In this document: positions 1-11,830 of the stretch, in pieces
How the letters are laid out: every line of letters starts with the position of its first letter
Position numbering within the stretch: position 1 is the stretch's first letter
Origin: Xylographa opegraphella
Taxonomy: Eukaryota
Assembly (NCBI GenBank): GCA_022813865.1
Contig: JALDZX010000002.1
Location: forward strand, 310,001-374,000
Length of the DNA stretch: 64,000 nucleotides
Reading direction: 5' to 3'
Notes under the pieces: model-generated
Seen by the model: the letters and a program-made list of their open reading frames with translations, nothing else
Database searches by the model: none
What the model was told of the DNA's origin: nothing
Position numbers and translations under genes: made by a program

Positions 1-458
<458 letters not shown>

Positions 459-915
459 GTTGAAGAAACGATATCAGGTGGTGATGCGAAGAGTGCGCTA
501 TGATAAAGATAGTGTCAGTTGAGGAATGACGATATGACCGTTTGCCATGCACATTCTGCGACAACTCACCACGGTTTCCTTGCTTCCAGATAACGTTTTG
601 ATCAAGATATCGGTCTTGAAAATAGGACACAGCGGCGTAAGAACAACAAATTTTTGAAGGTCGTCGACGTTTCCATAGCGCCATATATGCTTAGTCAGCA
701 GCCCTACCCACCTCTTTTGCCTTGATATACCTTATGTTGAGTCAGATACTTCTCTATCATTTCTACCGTTATTTCTACCACTATTTTCAGAGCACTCAAT
801 CAGGACATGTATGCAGAGTTGAAGACTCATTGGATAATGTCTTGAAGCCATGAGAAACCCCGGATTCGTCCATCACATTACATCTGCTATTCCCCCACTT
901 CACCTCAACAGGAAG

Positions 916-1811
916 CTAGGTAGGCAGTAGGTGACAACCCAATAGACCTCGCCCGCCCCAGTCGCTACGAGGAATCAGCTGTAATTGGAGCTCCTCCCTT
1001 GTGTCATTGGCTGCGTCATATCGCAGGACTTTCACCACAATACTCCGCTTCAAGCATTGTCAGCCAATGCTCAAGATATACGCAAATTCCCATCTACTCA
1101 CGCCCTGATTTCTTTGCACGGTTTCCGCAACTCTGGCGAGCTTTTCGTGATTCATCCAGCTTATGTCTCCAAATTGCCTGATCTCATCCCCAGCCTTCAA
1201 ACCTGCGCTATCGGCAGGGCTTCCGGTGACTACGCTATTGACTTTGGCAAATGGCACTCCTATATGCTCGGAAACTGCTCCAGAAGGAATCCTGGATGGA
1301 TCAGACACTTGTGATGGGCTTGTTGATGTTAAATTTGGGGTCAGCTGTGCTGCCGAAGCATGATGTGCATGTAAACCGGCCTCTATCTGAGACATGAGGC
1401 CCTTGTAGTCATTTCGTAGATGTATTATACGAGCTCTTGTAGTACGTACTATGCATCGTCGGTTTCCAAAAGTACGAAGATGTTGGATAGTCACGCACTT
1501 TGGGCAATATCCAGATCATTTCTCGGAAAACCGTCAAACGTGGTCAGGCCCGTGTTCATGTTGACGCCATGCTAAAAAGAAATATTAGCCACTGTGCCTA
1601 AGTTTCAGTGGTCTAAAGCACGTTGCTGTACTGAATCTAGAACGCTACTCAGAGCACTGAGCTCACTCTCCATCCGCTCCTTATCCAAGATGAGATCCAT
1701 AAGCTGTACCTTGCCATGGGGAGCTTTGTATGTTCCGTTCAAGGTGGAGGTAGGACCCGAAGGAACAGTTGGAGTATGTATGTCATCCATCCTGAGGCCC
1801 ATCTTCCTCAT
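916..1811 (-). CDS. NAS2: 26S proteasome regulatory-particle assembly chaperone Nas2/p27 (PSMD9), spliced
   Basis: MDDIHTPTVPSGP...ESELSALSSVLDSHGVNM..., RTTRARIIHLRNDYK, PDZ-like PFAKVNSVVTGSPADSAGLKAGD, C-terminal WGGRGLLGCHLLPT* (stop 916-918); start ATG at 1811 or 1802. Confidence 0.92.
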
Positions 1812-2329
1812 TCAGTCTGAAGGAATCATGTTGTGCAGAGTTTGGGCAGCCAGCCGAGCCAACCAAGCCCGGGAAACACTAGCGTGCCTGGCTCAGGCCA
1901 GCCTATACTCCGTATTTCGTGACGGAAAACAACGCTCTTTCACGCGCATCTGACAAGAGTGCCAGAGCCGTGTGTGCCATAGGCCGACTATTGAAACAGA
2001 GGGCTACTACTGAGTAATCGATGCTAATTATATTTTCATTCCTCTAGGTCCTAAACTAGAGATTGTTATGGAATGCTGGTTTACTGACATTCCCAAATTC
2101 CATGTTTACCATTCCAAACCCCTTGCCCCCGTCTCTGAATTTCCGTGGCTTTATATCATGACATACTTGAAGGTCGCTGCGTCTACCTCCATATTTCTCA
2201 GGCGTTATTAATACTGCTTGTACGCTTCTGGTACAACTCACACTCTTTTGGATCCGTTATTGCTTTTCTGCCTTGACTGAATTCTAAGTCTTCTGCTACT
2301 AATGATCTGCTTGATACCGTCGAATCACT

Positions 2330-5300
2330 ATGAGATACTGCCATAGGGGGCTGGTGCCCCTGATGGCTCAGGCTATGCAGATATTGATGGCCCAGGGACA
2401 GCTGTCGATGACTTCGGCACCATCTACTGTTACAGTCCGCATCCCTGTAGGAACATGTCCAGTTCCTGTGGGTTCCCCGACAGAGATACTCTATACGACA
2501 ACAAACAGCTTGGGCTCACTGATAACGACCTCGAGTTTATCGTACGTCAGCTCATATCTTGGTACGGAAATCACCTTCACCACGACCGACTCCATGGGTT
2601 CCACCATCGTCACCTCCACTTTCTCGGACTACACGATCCCTACGCCAACCTCAAGTACCGTAGTCACAGTTGTGACTACGAATTCTGCAGGACAGGCCAC
2701 TACGGAGGTCACTACACTACCAGTTTTGCCAGTTTCGACAACAGGGTTTATTTTATCAGCAAGTGGTTCCACAGTGTCTGGTTCTATAGGGCCTGTTTCC
2801 ACAGGTGGTCCAAGCTTCCCTTGCCCGGAGTCCATTGCCACACCGTATTTTCTTTCTGATGGAAGTGAGTGGCTAATATTTTGTACCGCCGATTTTTACT
2901 ACAATGACTTGCCGGCCGTTAGCGCCGCCACTTTCATTGAATGTATTTCAGCTTGTGCTGCGTACGTGCCAGCATCGGCACCCGATGCGTAAGTGTTACG
3001 TCTCAGATCCATTGTCGTCACTAATCATTTTCAAAGTGGGGACCAACCATGTGTTGCGGTGACTTGGGAATCTGTCAATCTTGCCGGCGCGAATTGCTAC
3101 TTGAAGAGTGGTATTCAACAAGTTGTGTATGGCTCAGCGCAGTTTGATAGCGCCAAGTTGATAAGCTACAACGCACCACCGAATGTTTCGGTTTCGGTCA
3201 TAGGTTCTACTTCAACTGGCCCAACCGCACTTCCGACGGTGGCCTCCACTACAACAAGCTTCAGCTCGTACCAGTCAGCATCGCCGTGTCCATATACCAA
3301 TCAATCACTATATACAGACACTATGGGCGTTGTATACCAAGTCGAATGTGGTGAAGACTATCTAGGCAATGATCTCCCGTCAGTCAATGTAGACACCTTC
3401 GCCAACTGTATGCTTGCATGCTCGGCTTATGTTCCAGCCCCCCCTGGCGATAGGCAAGTCCGGCCCATTGTAATAGCTTCTGCACACGACTGACCTAAAG
3501 TTACAGCTATGACGAACCTTGCATTGGTGCCACCTATTCTGGGTTCAATCCTAACGGGAATAATTGTTTCCTGAAATCTGCGATCGTAGAGATCGGTTAT
3601 TTTGGCGAAGCATTCCCTGCTCAGCGTCGACAGGAAATCGTCCTTTACTATGATAGTGCAAGACGTGTTGGATACAATGCTGCATCATCCCTCAGTAGCT
3701 CCTCCATGAGCAGTACCACAATAACCGGAATTTCGTCTTCGGCCGCTCCAAGCGGCACAAGTGGACTATTGTCTACTACTTCAAGCGGTACAGGTTCGTC
3801 ATCGGCCGCTCCAAGCGGTACAAGTGGACCATTGTCTACTACCTCAAGCGGTACAGGATCTTCCTCGTCGCCCAGTCTAACAGCGTCCGGAGCAGCTACA
3901 ATATACAACGCAGTCGGTAATGGAAACTTCGTGTATAATGCGTCTTACCCGGCCGGTGGACTCACAGTATGGTCTGCGCTGGGTGACGCTACCTTGGTAC
4001 CTGGTAACGCTTATCATGGAGATGGAAATACTGGAAATTATGCCGTCCAGTTCATTGCGGGAAGTGCTGCGACGACGGGGCGCAAAATGCGACGACAGGC
4101 TCCGAGCGCGGCAGCCCCAGGTATCGAACAGACAATTGGCAATTTGAGTACAACCTCGACTTATACGGTGAGTTCAAAACCACAATCGTTACGTGAATGC
4201 TCCCACTAATTAGAACGAAGGTTTCCGTTTGGTATTATATCAATGAAACACTCGCGGTGAATGCTAATCCACAGAATTGTGCGATTGATGGTTCATTCGA
4301 TGATATAGTCTTCAATTCATCGTACTTCGCCAGCAATACTGGACAGACCTCAGAGTGGATCCAATTCTTATCCACCTTCACGCCTAGCACATCCAATGGC
4401 ACACTGGCGTTCGTGGTGAACTGTATCAATGGCGGTTCGGTGCAGGTGCTCATTGACGAAATCTTTGTGTCAGACCAAGTTACTCCAGCCGATATCAATA
4501 ACATGACTTTGGCGTTTATGGCACCGCCAACCACGTCTACAACCAGTTCGGTCTCACCACCAGGAACGACCACTTCAACTCCGCCAATTGGAACCGCAAC
4601 AGATACTGCAGCATTGTGTCCATCGGCGAACCTCACAACATATCAAAACTCGGCAGACACTGCATACAAAATATATTGTGGCATCTCCTTTGTTTATGAT
4701 GATTTGACCGCTGTCAATGCGACGACATTTGAATTATGTATGAGCGCGTGTGATAATTTCGTCAACAATCCTACTGGAGAGGGCCTTTCGTGAGTCAATC
4801 GAACACGTAAGTAAAAACCTTATCACTGAGACAATTGATAGGAACGATCAACCATGCACAGCCATCACCTTCGTAACGGATGATACCAACGGCGAACCCT
4901 GTTATTTACACTACGGGGTGGTCAATATCACATACAGTGCAGATACCGATTCTGCAGAACTCGTAAGTGGCGCTGCCGCTCCAAGCGTGAGTAGTACCAC
5001 CGGACCCTCACCCTATTCTTCAACGACTTCATCTATCTCCACGACAAGTTCTGGAACGGGAAGCCTACCAAGCCAAATATCCTCGAGCAGTATCGGCAAT
5101 ACCGGGACATCTTCGACGACGAGTATCCTCAGTACCACGCCAACGTCATCATCTATGAATAGTAGTACCACCTCATTAACGCCCAGCAGCTCCCCGCCGT
5201 CGTCATCAACTGGTATCAGCACGATTACCAGCGGCGGGGTTCCTTCCTCAATTGCCAGCACCCCTACTTTGATCTCGTCGTTGACATCAACTGGCAGCAC

Positions 5301-6694
5301 CTCGTCAACTGGCAGCACCTCGTCAACTGGCAGCACCTCGTCAACTGGCAGCACCTCGTCAACTGGCAGCACCTCGTCAACTGGCAGCACCTCGTCAACT
5401 GGCAGCACCTCGTCAATTAGCAGCACCTCGTCAATTAGCAGCACCTTGTCAATTAGCAGCACCTCGTCAACTGGCAGCATCTCGTCAACAAGTAGCATCT
5501 CGTCAACTAGTAGCATCCTGTTAGGTGGCAGCATCTCCTTATTAGGAAGTGCTTCTTCGACTGGAAGCGCTTCATCAATTAACATCACCTCATCAACCGA
5601 CAGCATCTCTTCAACAGCCAGCGCCTCATCAACCGACAGCACTTCGTCAACTGAAAGCCCCTCGTCAACAGACAGCACCTCGTCAACTGGCATCGTCTCG
5701 TCAACAGACAGCACATCGTCAACAGACAGCACATCGTCAACGAGTAGTTCGTCCTCTACCACTCCATCGATTACTCCTCCCAGTACCTCTTCGACGTCAA
5801 CTACTTCCTCAACTAGCTCGACGACCTTTGCAGCTTCTTCGGTGGCAAATTCACCCTGTCCCACGGCGACGAATGGTACTACCTATACGGACGTGTCTGG
5901 CAGCGGTAATGTTTATAATATCTATTGCGGCCAGCAAATACAGTACGATGACCTCACGATACCCCCTGATATCAATACACTTGATGAGTGTCTAGGAGCC
6001 TGTGACGCATATGTAGACCAAGGATATGGCTCGTAAGTATTTCGTGTTTGCTTCAGTTTATGTGAAAACTAAGATAACTATAGATGCATCGCTGTCTCGT
6101 GGATTTATAATGTCCCTTATAATAGGGTCGAGTGTAGATTGAAATACGCCACCAGAGATGGAAGCTTGGCCGCCGAAGATGACGCAACTTCTGCCATTTT
6201 GCTGTCGCAAGGCACCTATCCGTACGTGCCGCCTTCCGACTCCTCCTCAGGGGCATCAACGACAAGTTCTGCAACTACCAGCGCGTCCACCTACGCACCT
6301 AGCTCGGTGGTGGACAGCCCATGCCCGTCTGCTTCGAATGGCAGTGTATACACGGATTTAGGCACTACATCTCCAGGCACATACAACATCTATTGTGGGC
6401 AGAATATCCAGTTCGACGACCTTACGGCTCCTACCGGCATCAATACTTTCGATGAATGCCTACAGGCCTGCGACGATTATGTAGATAGTGGCTATGGCCC
6501 GTAAGTACCGTTGCCAGTTCAGAATGGTAGCCGTCTAACATGTGACCAGCTGCATCGGTGCCGCTTGGATCTACAATTCTCAGCAGGGTGTCATCCAGTG
6601 CTATTTGAAATACGCCACCAGAGATGGAGGCTTGATCGCAGAAGTGGATTCGTCGGCTGCGATTCTGACTTCGCAGAACTCGTTCGGAGGCTAG
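2330..6694 (+). CDS. Large Ser/Thr-rich secreted/cell-surface protein with five Cys-rich PAN/apple-like modules and one carbohydrate-binding-like module; 6 introns
   Basis: Five repeats of CP..N...Y.....Y.I.CG.D..Y.DL.......F..C..AC..Y/F (intron) ..PC....W/F.....CYL...DSA separated by S/T-rich linkers; exons join in frame; stop TAG 6692-6694. Confidence 0.8.
3733..3860 (+). repeat. Two-copy 60-bp tandem repeat encoding SSSAAPSGTSGxLSTTSSGTG
   Basis: tcggccgctccaagcgg..caagtggac..ttgtctactac.tcaagcggtacagg occurs twice, 60 bp apart. Confidence 0.85.
5287..5740 (+). repeat. 18-bp coding minisatellite (TCAACTGGCAGCACCTCG)n encoding STGSTS, degenerating 3'
   Basis: About 7 perfect copies at 5287-5412, followed by diverged STS/SIS/TDS copies. 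Confidence 0.95.
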
Positions 6695-7678
6695 TACAGT
6701 CACCGCAAGTCAGGTTCGCCAGGTTGCATGGGATAAGGCAGGCCGACTGCTTGATACTCAGGTGGACCCCACGGACCCATTTGGTACGGCGAACAACAAC
6801 TCCGAGAGCTGTTGGAGAATCAGGCACTCATTTTCGGATCGCGAGCGAATAAAACTACCCCAAGCATGAGGAGGAGATGTTGAAGCGGAAATTTGGTACG
6901 AGCGGTGTGATGGTTGCGTTTTAATTAAAGCATTGATGAGTTCGGAACGACGAGGTAATCAGCGTTAATTCTAATATTCTTACTACTTTTATCAGACTTA
7001 TTATCAGGTAGAGGTGGGGGACATGCATAGCTTTACGATATTTGCAGCCGTGGTGGTGATTCTCATAAGTCCCGTGCTTGCTTCCGGCTCTGAATCCTTG
7101 CTCTTGTACCGCTTGTATTGTGTGCCCGTTTATTACAGTCACGACTATCTACACACCACCTAGTATCACACACCGCGCAGACCCTCCGCTCACGCGACAC
7201 AGTTCGGGAACCAGGCCTCGTAGCTGGAGAAAAAGGTGTAGAGGGAACATCGGAGGTATCACTGCGCGCGGAGACTCGATCAGCTGCACCGCCCAGTCTG
7301 ACGTGAGCTTTTTTTGCTTTCTGGCTGGAGGGTGGTTTACATATCGTTCAGCAGAGGAGGAGCCGTCGGATGAGGAGGACGTGTCTGAGTTGTGCGAGCG
7401 TGGACGTGGTGATAAAATGGTATTGGTGAGTTTGTGTGAGATTGTGATTGTGTGCTGGAGTGCTCTGGTCCGTGGACCGTGCTCTGGTCTATAGTGTAAC
7501 GCGTGCTACGACTAGATTGAGATTACGGGTGGTGGAGGTGATGTACCTATATTACGGCGGTGCTGTGTGCCGAAAGGGTAAGAGCTGGGGGTGATACTCT
7601 ATACGCCATGGGGTGGCATGGATGCGCCCGCACGATATATACCATTTATTGACGTCCAGATTCGAGCGAGCTGGCTCA

Positions 7679-10092
7679 TCAACCCTCGACGACCGTCATA
7701 TCCTCCCCTCCATACGAGCTGCTCTTGTGCTTCGGCTCGAACCTGAAATCCTTATGTGCCGGTCCCAGAAACATCTCACTAACGCACCCGTCAGCTCTCT
7801 TTCACCAACAAACTGTCTCAAGCAGGAAAAAAAACATACCTGATCTTGATCCAATCCAAGTAGTTATCGCTCCCCAGCAGCGTCTCCAACTCATTCCTCC
7901 CTCTCCACGCCGGCGGCCGGTCCTGCAGGTTCGGCGGCAGGTGCTCCATGATGCCCACAGGCACATACCTGCACGCGAAACTCAACCACTCTAGAAGGAA
8001 GCGGCGGGTGGTGCCGACGCCCATCTCGTCCGAGCCCCAGGCTTCCAGCCCGTAGCGGACGTACTGCGCGATGATGGCCAGCCGCTCGGTGGCCGACTTG
8101 TCGAGGTATTGGCCCTGTTCGATCTCTTCGAAAATCCACGGCTTGATGAGCGCGCCGCGTGCAACCATCACGGAGTCTACTTTGGCTTCCGAGAGGTGCC
8201 GGTTATAGTCGACGTGAGAGTAGCAGTCGCCGTTGCCAATGAAGTATACTTTGCCGCCGGCGGGTTGATAGCGAGCGTCTACTTCCTGGTTTGTGTCAGC
8301 CAGCTCATGCCCGCGCTCGTTGTGACGGTTGATCAGCGCTGCGCAATCGGCTATGTACTCCCAGTCCGCACTCCTCGTGTATCTTTGCTGTCTACTTCTG
8401 CCGTGAAGAGTGATGGCTGCAACCCCGGACGCGCCTCCTCCCAGCTCGCTAGCCTCGGATCCACCATACACAAGACGATTGATCAGTTTGACAGCGTTAG
8501 GCTTCCCGTCCCTCGTTCCCATTCGTATTTTGACGGTTATGGGAATCTCTCCGGAGACTGCGTTCATGCCCCGCAATATCTTCTCGAGCTTCGACTGGCT
8601 GTCAAGTAAGGCGGATCCTGCACCTTGGCGGTAGACAAGGTCAATGGGACAACCACAGTTGAGGTCAATGACTCGTAGCTGTGGACAAAGTTTGTGAATG
8701 ATCTCCGTAGCTTTCAGGACCTGTAACGCTTTGTTGCCCGCAATCTGTGCGCCAAATTTGGAGTCTCTTGAGTTATCGTAATCTGCCACAACCGGACCTC
8801 CTGAATAACGAGGAGGCCTTGTCTCTGATTCGTGGGCTTTCATAAGGGCCCACTCTGATCTTTGTCCTTGAATCAGAGGCATACTCATAGCCATCTCAGA
8901 ATACGTGATCTGTGCTCCCATAGCAATACATAGTCGACGGAATGGTAGATTGCCCTGGGTGGTCAGTGGAGCTAGCACAGGTGTTTCGGGTCCAAAATAG
9001 ATGCGCCTCTTCTCGGACGGAAGGAAAGGTGGCTCTACATACTGCGCTCGTATATCTTGCACAGGATCATCGCCATTGGTATTGTCGTTCGCATCCTTCA
9101 CCGGATCTTTGTTACCGGAATGTTCAGACCTCTCGAGAACCTCTTTCCCACTCTTGTCAAGAAAAGCTGCGTATTCGTCTGCTTTAGGTGTCGGAGTCTT
9201 TCGTTTCAGTAGATCAGCTTTTGCCTGTGTCGAAATCACGTTGACGATTCCAACTTCCTTCTCTTCACTTCCGCCATTGAGCATCGATCTATCGGGGCCT
9301 TCCCTCTCCACCAAGAGTAGCTCTTGTTTTCCATCCGATGTCTCTTGTTCTTTCATATGAGAGCCAGCGAAACGGCACTTGAACCCCGAATCACATTTGC
9401 CTTTGAGTGCCCAGATGGGACATTCACCTCCAAAAGTGCTCAGGTCCTCCCGCTTCCAGTCCTTGAGATATTTTCGTAAATCGTGCTCGAACTTACAATT
9501 GTCGCCGTACTTACATTGGGCCGGGGAGAACTCCGGATAAGTCGCTCGACTCTGACACAAACCTCGCTCATCCCTCGAACTTCCGAAGGTGCGGGATTTG
9601 TTTTGGCCACGGTTCTTTTCCTTCTTTCGTTTCCCACCCCGAGAGTCTTCCTGGTCCCTTGAGTCCAAATGCGGCGACGCCTCTGCGGCATCATCATCTA
9701 CAACAGCACGACGACGATCATTCCGCGTGCCCAGCACATTGACCAAAAACCTTTTATCGATTAGCACTTTCATAGAAGCTAGGATTCTAGCATCAATCTT
9801 ACTCTGCTTTTATGGATACAACCCCCTTCTGCCTTTCGCCCGGCACAGAAGCAATGGTATCTGGCGCAGCATCCAGTTTGATCCGCTTGGACGATGGCTC
9901 CTCACTCTCCGAAACACTGGCATTGGGATGCCTCTCGTACTTCTCCGCCTTGGTCACCGCCGAGTCTGTCTCTAGCGGGATGGCTTGAGGGTGCGCGGCT
10001 TGTGTTATGGGCGATGGCGGAGAATTATGCAAGGGTGCGGCTGGATCGAGTGGATTGCGAGGAGGCCGAGGGGCCTCGCTGGGCATTGACAT
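7679..10092 (-). CDS. DUS3: tRNA-dihydrouridine(47) synthase Dus3, spliced
   Basis: CCCH zinc fingers, [60 protein letters not shown]; last exon [20 protein letters not shown]...VEG*; introns near 9774-9821 and 7780-7839. Confidence 0.96.
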
Positions 10093-11830
10093 GATCACAA
10101 TATCAAGCAGTTCGCTCACATAACATCAAGGCAATGAGATGAGGGGCCTAGATGGAAAGTGTCCTAGACGCTTTGGAGTAGCGATGTAGGAGCGTGTAAC
10201 GTAATAGACCTGGACACCTCGGCGTTTACACACTGCTCCGGACCCACCAACGGAGAAGGCGAACTGTGGCAAAGGAATTGCTGAAAGCCTAAATCTGGCG
10301 AGATCCGAATACGGTGATCTTAACAGAGCCAGATTTGGGATCACATAATCCTTCAATGCGCGTGAAGAATACGTATCAGGCCGGGGCAGATCATTGTTCT
10401 GAGCCCAGTGGGATATTAATTTTTTTGATATTCTTGGTTGCTGTGATCCCATGTGCCTGCTCGGCTAACGCGTAGGGCGCCAAACGATCGAGGTGGGCTA
10501 GCTCAGCAGGCTAGAGCGGTTCGAGAAGAAGGTTAAACCTTGTCCGTCAGCGTGCCAGCTGAGCCAGGGTCCACTCGAGGCTAGCCCGTTCATGCACAAG
10601 CTCCCTTGGACCAATTCACGTGACCAGGGCATCGCCGGCCCGCGTGTTGGACCTTCTGCTTTGGCAGCGCTTAAAGTGGCCCAATTGTCTGCTTGATGCT
10701 CGTCCGATTGGGCACTGATACATCTCTTATACAAGCATGACAGGCACCAGGCCGCGGTCTGCACCAGGATTCCGTTGCCCTGGGTGGCCTTGGGGGAAAA
10801 GTCCAGGTCCCATGACACATTCGTCGTATTATTACTTCGTACTGTAATTAGTGATTGGCCGCTACTCGTGCGCGGCATTTCCTGCTCGAGGGAAAGGCAC
10901 TCCCCTTCCTCCTTATTATTGTGTGTAGACCGCCCCCCCCGGGGTCCTGCCACGTGAGCCTCGCACCGGGGGCGGCCGTTGAAACAGACCCTTACTAATC
11001 CACGCTCGCCGGGTCTGGGATAAATTGCCACTAAATTCCGTCTGTGCCGCGGATATGGAGGTGCAACTTATCCAAGACTCACCATAGACTCACTTCCCCC
11101 AACCTCACCACTCAATAATATGTACCTACCTCCGTACCCTCACTACAACTCATGCTAAGTGCGCACTTCTTTCTGCCGACCGTTGTTGCTGCCCATCCTT
11201 TCCTCTAGCCCGTCCCTCTCCGAAGTACGGTAGCTCTGATGTCCAAGCCTCCGGTCTAAACTACAACCTATCCCTGACCCGCGGACAACCTACCCCTGCT
11301 AATTCACACTGCGGTTCGTCATTATCTCGTCGTCCCCATTTACCACCCTATCATCCCTTTCTCTCTCGAATCTCCATCATCTCTAGTACATTTGGCATAC
11401 ACACAATATCCAGCTACTAACATACGCATCAGCAAACCACACCAACGACCACGCCCGTTAGTCTTCAGACCGTACCTGTCCCAGCAACCGGTTGCCTGGT
11501 AATCCTCCACCTTCAATCCTACCACACACATCTAAAGCCGTAAAGCTGGATTCCCGCGAGACTCCCCCGCCTCTACATTATTCGCCCACTTCCAGTGATC
11601 TCGAACGAGTGTCTCCGAGCGAAGCTACTCCTGTGGGCACACCCAAAGGCTTCGGCGCCGTTTATCCTCGGAAGCCGGAGAGGGAACGAGACCTCCTCTT
11701 CTCCTGGCACCAGAAAGTCGGTGACCATTTTGAGGGCCCCTCAGGTCTCTACGTCGACTCCACGCTGCTGGAGTCCGACTTGGAGGACGCACCGTTTCCG
11801 CTTTTTAGTCAATCTCCACCTCGAGACACG

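Noticed and set aside
5013..5864. 283-aa antisense ORF (VDEVLP repeats)
   Set aside because: Shadow of the STGSTS coding repeat on the plus strand.
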